Below the pieces are notes generated by a model, which saw only the letters and a program-made list of their open reading frames with translations, did not search any database and was not told where the DNA came from. DNA of 4,368 bases from a virus (taxonomy: Duplodnaviria > Heunggongvirae > Uroviricota > Caudoviricetes), in IMG/VR virus record IMGVR_UViG_2740892230_000025. The stretch is one strand, 5' to 3'. Both the position numbers and the translations under genes were made by a program. This document shows, piece by piece, positions 1 to 4,211 of this stretch (positions are counted from its first letter, which is position 1; each line of letters opens with the position of its first letter).

Positions 1-158
1 ATCAGAACAATCACGTGGTGATTCAGAACGACGGCACCAACGGACAGGCGGGGCCGCAGCTGATGAAGGCGGTGTATGACATGGCCCGCAAGGGGGCGCA
101 GGATGAGATTCAGGCGCAGATGCGTGATGGCGGCGTCTTTTCCGGAGGCAGGCGATGA
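1..158 (+). CDS. H: Tail tape-measure protein, C-terminal fragment (5' partial, copy 1); stop TGA 156-158
   Basis: Frame starting at nt 3 translates QNNHVVIQNDGTNGQAGPQLMKAVYDMARKGAQDEIQAQMRDGGVFSGGRR*, closely resembling the lambda gpH C-terminus as I recall it; stop overlaps the M start (ATGA). Confidence 0.75.
   Translation, partial: QNNHVVIQNDGTNGQAGPQLMKAVYDMARKGAQDEIQAQMRDGGVFSGGRR
144..148 (+). promoter_or_regulatory. Shine-Dalgarno (GGAGG) for M, 6 nt upstream of ATG 155
   Basis: GGAGG at 144-148 directly seen; appropriate spacing to the ATG. Confidence 0.5.
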
Positions 159-240
159 AAACATTTCGCTGGAAAGTGAAGCCGGATATGGAGGTGAACT
201 CGCAGCCATCGGTGCGTGAAGTGCGTTTTGGTGACGGGTA
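155..240 (+). CDS. M: Tail tip assembly protein M, N-terminal fragment (copy 1), truncated by N gap
   Basis: MKTFRWKVKPDMEVNSQPSVREVRFGDG matches the lambda gpM N-terminus (MKTFRWKVKPGMDV...VRFGDGY) from memory. Confidence 0.85.
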
Positions 241-250
241 NNNNNNNNNN
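241..250. other. Assembly or stitching gap (N x10)
   Basis: Run of 10 N; flanking tiles are redundant, not contiguous. Confidence 0.95.
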
Positions 251-373
251 CCCAACGGGCGGGCAGGGCCGCAGCTGATGAAAGCGGTGTATGAGATGGC
301 CCGCAAGGGGGCACAGGATGAACTCCGGCTGCAGTTGCGTGATGGCGGTATGTTATCAGGGAGCGGTGGATGA
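251..373 (+). CDS. H: Tail tape-measure protein, C-terminal fragment (diverged copy 2); stop TGA 371-373
   Basis: PNGRAGPQLMKAVYEMARKGAQDELRLQLRDGGMLSGSGG*; paralogous to 36-158 with several amino-acid differences. Confidence 0.75.
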   Translation, partial: PNGRAGPQLMKAVYEMARKGAQDELRLQLRDGGMLSGSGG

Positions 374-399
374 AAACCTTTCGCTGGAAAGTGAAGCCG
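370..399 (+). CDS. M: Tail tip assembly protein M, first 10 codons (copy 2), truncated by N gap
   Basis: ATG 370 overlaps the H stop (ATGA); MKTFRWKVKP is identical to copy 1. Confidence 0.8.
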
Positions 400-409
400 N
401 NNNNNNNNN
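400..409. other. Assembly or stitching gap (N x10)
   Basis: Run of 10 N. Confidence 0.95.
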
Positions 410-615
410 AAACATACCGTGTGACGCTTTCCGTGACCCGGGAGGAGGCCCGGCATCTGGAAGCGTTCCTGGCAGAGCACGGAGGCTGGAAGGCATTTTT
501 GTGGAAGCCACCCTATGCATACCGGCAGATAAAGGTGACCTGTGCCGGGTGGTCTGCGCGGGTCGGGATGTTGCGCGTTGAGTTCAGCGCGGAGTTTAAG
601 CAGGTGGTGAACTGA
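410..615 (+). CDS. M: Tail tip assembly protein M, C-terminal two-thirds (5' partial); stop TGA 613-615
   Basis: TYRVTLSVTREEARHLEAFLAEHGGWKAFLWKPPYAYRQIKVTCAGWSARVGMLRVEFSAEFKQVVN* matches lambda gpM (..TYSVTLSV..EHGGWKSFLW..RVEFSAEFEQVVN) from memory. Confidence 0.85.
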
Positions 616-632
616 TGCAGGATATTCACGAA
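615..632 (+). CDS. L: Tail tip protein L, first 6 codons (MQDIHE), truncated by N gap
   Basis: ATG 615-617 overlaps the M stop (ATGA); lambda gpL begins MQDIRQE. Confidence 0.75.
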
Positions 633-642
633 NNNNNNNNNN
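633..642. other. Assembly or stitching gap (N x10)
   Basis: Run of 10 N. Confidence 0.95.
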
Positions 643-902
643 ACTCTGGGAAATCGACCTGACGGTACAGGGCGGTGAGCGGTATTTTTTCTGTAATGAG
701 CTGAATGAAAAAGGGGAGGCGGTCACCTGGCAGGGGCGGAAGTACCAGGCATACCCGATTGACGGCAGTGGCTTTGAGATGAACGGGAAGGGCAGCAGTG
801 CCCGCCCGTCGCTGACGGTGTCGAATCTGTTTGGTCTGGTCACCGGGATGGCGGAGGACCTGCAGAGCCTGGTGGGGGCCACGGTGGTCCGCCGCCGGGT
901 GT
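643..902 (+). CDS. L: Tail tip protein L, internal fragment (copy A), partial at both ends
   Basis: Frame from 644: LWEIDLTVQGGERYFFCNELNEKGEAVTWQGRKYQAYPIDGSGFEMNGKGSSARPSLTVSNLFGLVTGMAEDLQSLVGATVVRRRV, close to lambda gpL residues ~23-110 from memory. Confidence 0.85.
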
Positions 903-912
903 NNNNNNNNNN
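903..912. other. Assembly or stitching gap (N x10)
   Basis: Run of 10 N. Confidence 0.95.
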
Positions 913-1390
913 CCGGTCACCTGGCAGGGGCGGCAATATCAGGCATACCCGATTGACGGCAGCGGTTTTGAGATGAGCGGGAAGGGCAGCAGTGCCAGAC
1001 CGTCGCTGACGGTGTCCAATCTGTTCGGTCTGGTCACCGGGATGGCGGAAGACCTGCAGAGTCTGGTGGGGGCCACGGTGGTCCGCCGCCGGGTGTATGC
1101 CCGTTTTCTGGATGCGGTGAATTTTGTGGCGGGCAATCCGGAAGCGGACCCGGAGCAGGAGCTGAGCGACCGCTGGGTGGTGGAGCAGATGTCAGAGCTG
1201 ACGGCCATGACAGCCTCGTTTGTGCTGGCAACACCGACGGAGACGGACGGGGCGCTGTTTCCTGGTCGCATCATGCTGGCGAACACCTGTATGTGGGATT
1301 ACCGGGGAGATGAATGCGGGTATAACGGTCCTGCGGTGGCGGATGAGTTCGACAACCCCACCACGGATATCCGTAAGGACAGATGCAGCA
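913..1390 (+). CDS. L: Tail tip protein L, internal fragment (copy B; re-covers 719-902 and extends to the Cys-rich C-terminal domain)
   Basis: PVTWQGRQYQAYPIDGSGFEMSGKGSS...YARFLDAVNFVAGNPEADPEQE...TETDGALFPGRIMLANTCMWDYRGDECGYNGPAVADEFDNPTTDIRKDRCS; matches lambda gpL from memory. Confidence 0.9.
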
Positions 1391-1400
1391 NNNNNNNNNN
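1391..1400. other. Assembly or stitching gap (N x10)
   Basis: Run of 10 N. Confidence 0.95.
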
Positions 1401-1633
1401 CCGAGACGGACGGGGCGCTGTTTCCCGGTCGCATCATGCTGGCGAACACCTGTATGTGGACCTACCGCTCTGATGAGTGTGGTTACACGGGCGGGGCTGT
1501 GGCGGATGAGTTCGATAAACCCACCACCGATATCCGTAAGGACAGATGCAGCAAGTGCATGCGCGGGTGTGAACTGCGCAGGAATGTCGGCAATTTTGGC
1601 GGTTTCCTTTCCATTAATAAACTTTCGCAGTAA
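1401..1633 (+). CDS. L: Tail tip protein L, C-terminal fragment (copy C) with 5-Cys cluster; stop TAA 1631-1633
   Basis: ETDGALFPGRIMLANTCMWTYRSDECGYTGGAVADEFDKPTTDIRKDRCSKCMRGCELRRNVGNFGGFLSINKLSQ*; the lambda gpL C-terminus ends ..NVGNFGGFLSINKLSQ as I recall. Confidence 0.9.
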
Positions 1634-1643
1634 ATCCCGGTTT

Positions 1644-1755
1644 ATGACACAGACTGAATCAGCGATTCTGGCGCATGCCCGGCGGTGTGCGCCTGCGGAG
1701 GCGTGCGGCTTCGTGATAAGCACGCCGGAGGGGGAGTGGTATATCCCTTGTGTGA
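1644..1755 (+). CDS. K: Tail tip assembly protein K, N-terminal fragment (copy 1), truncated by N gap
   Basis: MTQTESAILAHARRCAPAEACGFVISTPEGEWYIPCV matches the lambda gpK N-terminus (MTQTESAILAHARRCAPAESCGFVVSTPEGERYFPCV) from memory. Confidence 0.85.
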
Positions 1756-1765
1756 NNNNNNNNNN
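1756..1765. other. Assembly or stitching gap (N x10)
   Basis: Run of 10 N. Confidence 0.95.
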
Positions 1766-1781
1766 CAAACTTTCGCAGTAA
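1766..1781 (+). CDS. L: Tail tip protein L, last 4 codons + stop (KLSQ*), copy belonging to the next tile
   Basis: aaa ctt tcg cag taa (1767-1781) duplicates the L C-terminus at 1619-1633. Confidence 0.65.
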
Positions 1782-1786
1782 ATCCA

Positions 1787-2408
1787 ATGACACAGACAGA
1801 ATCAGTGATTCTGGCACACACCCGGCGGTGTGTGCCTGCGGAGTCGTGCGGCTTCGTGGTGAGAACGCCGGAGGGGGAGCGGTATCTGCCGTGTGTGAAT
1901 ATTTCCGCAGAGCCGGAGGCGTATTTTCGTATCGCACCGGAAGACTGGCTGCGGGCAGAGATGCAGGGGGAGATTGTGGCGCTGGTTCACAGTCATCCCG
2001 GTGGTCTGCCCTGGCTGAGCGAGGCCGACCGGCGGCTGCAGATAAAAAGTGCACTGTCCTGGTGGCTGGTCTGCCGGGGGGACATTCATAAATTCCGCTG
2101 TGTGCCACATCTGACAGGACGGCTCTTTGAGCACGGGGTGACGGACTGTTACATGCTGTTCCGGGATGCATACCATCTGGCGGGAATTGATATGCCGGAT
2201 TTTGAGCGTGAGGATGACTGGTGGCGCAATGGTCAGAACCTGTACCTGGACAATATGGAGGCGACTGGTTTTTACAGGATTTCCCTGCCTTCCGCACAGC
2301 CTGGCGATATCCTGCTGTGCTGCTTTGGCGCATCGGTGGCCAATCATGCCGCCATATACTGCGGCAACGGTGAACTGCTTCACCATCTGCCTGAACAACT
2401 GAGTAAAC
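1787..2408 (+). CDS. K: Tail tip assembly protein K (copy 2), N-terminus through both peptidase domains; 3' end truncated by N gap
   Basis: MTQTESVILAHTRRCVPAESCGFVVRTPEGERYLPCVNISAEPEAYF...EIVALVHSHPGGLPWLSEADRR...GVTDCYMLFRDAYH...NHAAIYCGNGELLHHLPEQLSK; near-identical to lambda gpK from memory. Confidence 0.9.
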
Positions 2409-2418
2409 NNNNNNNNNN
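2409..2418. other. Assembly or stitching gap (N x10)
   Basis: Run of 10 N. Confidence 0.95.
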
Positions 2419-2877
2419 AGCCGGGGTGACATTCACAAATTCCGCTGCGTTCCGCACCTGACCGGACGGCGCTTTGAACACGGGGTGACGGACTGTTACA
2501 CCCTGTTCCGGGATGCGTACCATCTGGCGGGGACTGAAATGCCGGATTTTCATCGCGAGGATGACTGGTGGCGCAACGGCCAGAACCTGTACCTGGACAA
2601 TATGGAGGGAACGGGCTTTTACCGGGTGCCCCTGTCCTCTGCACAGGCGGGCGATATTCTGCTGTGCTGCTTTGGTGCTTCGGTACCGAACCATGCCGCC
2701 ATTTACTGTGGCAACGGTGAGCTGCTTCACCATCTGCCTGAACAACTGAGTAAACGGGAGAGGTATTCCGAAAAATGGCAACGACGAACGCATTCTGTCT
2801 GGCGTCACCGCCACTGGCACGCATCTGCCTTCACGGGGATTTACAACGATTTGGCCGCCGCCTCAGCCTGTATGTGA
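2419..2877 (+). CDS. K: Tail tip assembly protein K, C-terminal fragment (copy 3; re-covers 2072-2408); stop TGA 2875-2877
   Basis: RGDIHKFRCVPHLTGRRFEHGVTDCYTLFRDAYHLAGTEMPDFHREDDWWRNGQNLYLDNMEGTGFYRVPLSSAQAGDILLCCFGASVPNHAAIYCGNGELLHHLPEQLSKRERYSEKWQRRTHSVWRHRHWHASAFTGIYNDLAAASACM*; matches the lambda gpK C-terminus from memory. Confidence 0.9.
   Translation, partial: SRGDIHKFRCVPHLTGRRFEHGVTDCYTLFRDAYHLAGTEMPDFHREDDWWRNGQNLYLDNMEGTGFYRVPLSSAQAGDILLCCFGASVPNHAAIYCGNGELLHHLPEQLSKRERYSEKWQRRTHSVWRHRHWHASAFTGIYNDLAAASACM
2756..2763 (+). promoter_or_regulatory. Shine-Dalgarno-like GGGAGAGG for I, inside the K coding region
   Basis: Purine-rich GGGAGAGG 11 nt upstream of ATG 2775. Confidence 0.4.
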
Positions 2878-2961
2878 ACACGGCAGCGGAAGCCATTCGC
2901 GCCCTGTCGATGCAGATGCCGGGCTTTCGCCGTCAGATGAACGAAGGCTGGTACCAGATAC
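2775..2961 (+). CDS. I: Tail assembly protein I, N-terminal fragment; start overlaps the K 3' end by 103 nt in another frame
   Basis: MATTNAFCLASPPLARICLHGDLQRFGRRLSLYVNTAAEAIRALSMQMPGFRRQMNEGWYQI; the first ~45 residues match the lambda gpI N-terminus as I recall it. Confidence 0.9.
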
Positions 2962-2971
2962 NNNNNNNNNN
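2962..2971. other. Assembly or stitching gap (N x10)
   Basis: Run of 10 N. Confidence 0.95.
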
Positions 2972-3381
2972 GGCGCTGTCGTTACAGGTGCCCGGATTCC
3001 GCCGTCAGATGAACGAAGGCTGGTACCAGATACGTATTGCCGGTGATGACACGGCACCGGAGGCGGTGTACGCCCGTCTTCACGAACAGCTGGGTGAGGG
3101 AACGGTCATCCACATTGTGCCGCGACTGGCCGGGGCCGGAAAGGGTGGACTGCAGATTGTGCTGGGGGCGGCAGCCATCGTGGGCTCTTTCTTCACGGCC
3201 GGAGGCTCGATGGCGTTATGGGGTACAGCCCTGAGTGCCGGTGGTTTTTCTGCCACCACGATGCTGTTTTCACTGGGTGCCAGCATGATACTGGGCGGAG
3301 TGGCCCAGATGCTGGCCCCGAAGGCAAAAACACCGGATTACCGCGCAACGGATAACGGCAGACAGAACACGTACTTTTCCT
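2972..3381 (+). CDS. I: Tail assembly protein I, middle fragment (re-covers 2901-2961 in a diverged copy)
   Basis: ALSLQVPGFRRQMNEGWYQIRIAGDD...VIHIVPRLAGAGKGGLQIVLGAAAIVGSFFTAGG...FSLGASMILGGVAQMLAPKAKTPDYRATDNGRQNTYFS; matches lambda gpI from memory. Confidence 0.9.
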
Positions 3382-3391
3382 NNNNNNNNNN
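3382..3391. other. Assembly or stitching gap (N x10)
   Basis: Run of 10 N. Confidence 0.95.
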
Positions 3392-3623
3392 TGGTGTGGC
3401 ACAGATGCTGGCCCCGAAGCCAAAAACACCGGAATACAGGGCAACGGATAACGGTAAACAGAACACGTACTTTTCGTCGCTGGATAACATGATTGCCCAG
3501 GGGAACCCGATGCCGGTGCCTTACGGTGAAATGCTGGTTGGTTCACGGCGAATCTCCCAGGACATCAGTACCCGTGATGAAGGCGGTGGCGGAAAGGTCG
3601 TGGTTATCGGGCGGCAGGGGTAA
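3392..3623 (+). CDS. I: Tail assembly protein I, C-terminal fragment (re-covers ~3297-3381); stop TAA 3621-3623
   Basis: GVAQMLAPKPKTPEYRATDNGKQNTYFSSLDNMIAQGNPMPVPYGEMLVGSRRISQDISTRDEGGGGKVVVIGRQG*; matches the lambda gpI C-terminus (..QNTYFSSLDNMVAQGN..YGEM.VGSR..SQEIST.DEG.GG.VVVIGR) from memory. Confidence 0.9.
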
Positions 3624-3630
3624 AAAGAAT

Positions 3631-3654
3631 AAAAAAATCCCGCAGAGTTGCGGG
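3631..3654 (-). terminator. Putative intrinsic terminator oriented for the minus strand (GC stem 3639-3644/3649-3654 followed on minus RNA by U7 = plus-strand A-run 3631-3637)
   Basis: Plus strand reads aaaaaaa-t-cccgca-gagt-tgcggg; the reverse complement is hairpin + TTTTTTT. Stem conserved in the second copy at 3971-4002. Confidence 0.4.
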
Positions 3655-3758
3655 GACAGACAAAGATTAACGTTAAGGAGTTATTTTTGTTTCTGGTGCT
3701 CGGGCAAAAAAAACATTAACGCAGAGAAATTATTAGCACCACAGTCAGTTTGTGAAAA

Positions 3759-3774
3759 TGTGAAGATATTCAGA
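3759..3774. promoter_or_regulatory. Imperfect dyad TGTGA-N6-TCAGA (CRP-half-site-like), conserved in both spacer copies
   Basis: TGTGAagatatTCAGA at 3759-3774; TGTGAagaaatTCAGA at 4102-4117. Resembles the CRP consensus TGTGA-N6-TCACA with one mismatch; weak. Confidence 0.2.
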
Positions 3775-3793
3775 AGTTTTATTCAGTCATGAT

Positions 3794-3826
3794 ACAGGCA
3801 TCCTCCGGGATGCCTGTTGTTTTTGT
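3794..3826 (+). terminator. Putative intrinsic terminator or attenuator upstream of J (10-bp stem 3794-3803/3808-3817, loop TCCG, then TGTTTTTGT)
   Basis: ACAGGCATCC-TCCG-GGATGCCTGT followed by a T-rich run; same element at 4137-4167 with a compensatory T:A to C:G change. Confidence 0.5.
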
Positions 3827-3858
3827 GCGTAACAGTTATCACAGTAAAGGGTGAGACA

Positions 3859-3928
3859 ATGGGCAAAGGTGGCGGCAAGGCGCACACGCCGGTAGAGGCA
3901 AAGGACAATCTTAAGTCCACGCAGATGA
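3859..3928 (+). CDS. J: Tail tip host-specificity / central tail fibre protein J, first 23 codons (copy 1, ATG start), truncated by N gap
   Basis: MGKGGGKAHTPVEAKDNLKSTQM matches the lambda gpJ N-terminus (MGKGSSKGHTPREAKDNLKSTQL) from memory. Confidence 0.85.
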
Positions 3929-3938
3929 NNNNNNNNNN
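3929..3938. other. Assembly or stitching gap (N x10)
   Basis: Run of 10 N. Confidence 0.95.
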
Positions 3939-3965
3939 GTGGTGGTTATCGGGCGGCAGGGGTAA
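3939..3965 (+). CDS. I: Tail assembly protein I, last 8 codons + stop (VVVIGRQG*), second copy
   Basis: Duplicates 3597-3623 with one synonymous change (gtc to gtg). Confidence 0.7.
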   Translation: MVVIGRQG

Positions 3966-3970
3966 AGCAT

Positions 3971-4002
3971 AAAAAAATCCCGCAGTGTATGGAGGCTGCG
4001 GG
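3971..4002 (-). terminator. Putative minus-oriented intrinsic terminator, copy 2 (7-bp stem 3979-3985/3996-4002, 10-nt loop, adjoining A7 on plus = U7 on minus)
   Basis: aaaaaaa-t-cccgcag-tgtatggagg-ctgcggg; stem retained relative to copy 1 while the loop differs by an indel. Confidence 0.4.
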
Positions 4003-4136
4003 AACAGAAAATGAAGATTAACCACAGGGAGTTTTGTTTTTATTGGCCCGAAAAAACTGTAACGCCCGGGAATGATATCTGCCACGGGGGCGTACAGAAA
4101 ATGTGAAGAAATTCAGAAATTTTATTCCGTCATGAC

Positions 4137-4167
4137 ACAGGCACCCTCCGGGGTGCCTGTCGTTTTT
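4137..4167 (+). terminator. Putative intrinsic terminator or attenuator upstream of J, copy 2 (stem 4137-4146/4151-4160, loop TCCG, then CGTTTTT)
   Basis: ACAGGCACCC-TCCG-GGGTGCCTGT + T5; paired positions 4144/4153 are C:G where copy 1 has T:A. Confidence 0.5.
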
Positions 4168-4195
4168 GGGGCATAAACAGATTCAGACATCAGAC

Positions 4196-4206
4196 AGGAG
4201 AGGGGG
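4196..4206 (+). promoter_or_regulatory. Shine-Dalgarno (AGGAGAGGGGG) for J copy 2
   Basis: Purine-rich AGGAGA ending about 10 nt upstream of GTG 4212. Confidence 0.5.
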
Positions 4207-4211
4207 ACAGA

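Noticed and set aside
291-581. Alternate-frame plus-strand ORFs (291-581, 1828-2091, 2166-2402, 2513-2749, 3037-3234, 3493-3792)
   Set aside because: They overlap H/M, K or I in other frames, or run from I into the spacer; none has recognisable homology or convincing start context. They are explained by high GC content.
1634-1643. Possible missing gene between L and K (I recall lambda annotation placing about 150 nt between them)
   Set aside because: Here K begins 10 nt after the L stop with the conserved MTQTES N-terminus in both copies; the gap in older lambda annotation most likely reflects a downstream start call, not an extra gene.
939-1768. Minus-strand ORFs antisense to L (939-1286, 1034-1234, 1192-1449, 1271-1768)
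   Set aside because: Shadow ORFs opposite the conserved L coding frame; several cross N runs; no start or RBS context and low-complexity products.
973-1781. Through-gap plus-strand ORFs treated as single genes (973-1473, 1220-1633, 1383-1781, 1685-2461)
   Set aside because: Each fuses fragments of L and/or K from different tiles across N runs; the real units are the per-tile fragments annotated above.
1802-2824. Long minus-strand ORFs (340 aa at 1802-2824; 257 aa at 1659-2432; 146 aa at 2380-2820)
   Set aside because: They are antisense to the well-conserved K gene in GC-rich sequence, span N runs, and have Pro/Arg/Gly-rich low-complexity translations typical of shadow ORFs.
2775-3623. 282-aa I ORF with internal tandem repeats (PGFRRQMNEGWYQI twice; GVAQMLAPK.KTP.YRATDNG.QNTYFS twice)
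   Set aside because: The repeats sit exactly at the N runs (2962-2971, 3382-3391) and arise from overlapping tiles; frame continuity across the N runs is coincidental. Lambda gpI is about 223 aa as I recall.
3783-4085. 100-aa minus-strand ORF across the I-J spacer, and the short plus ORF MIQASSGMPVVFVRNSYHSKG over the hairpin
   Set aside because: The minus ORF crosses the N run at 3929-3938 and is not preserved between the two spacer copies, which differ by indels. The short plus ORF has no RBS and coincides with the conserved stem-loop, so structure is the likelier constraint.
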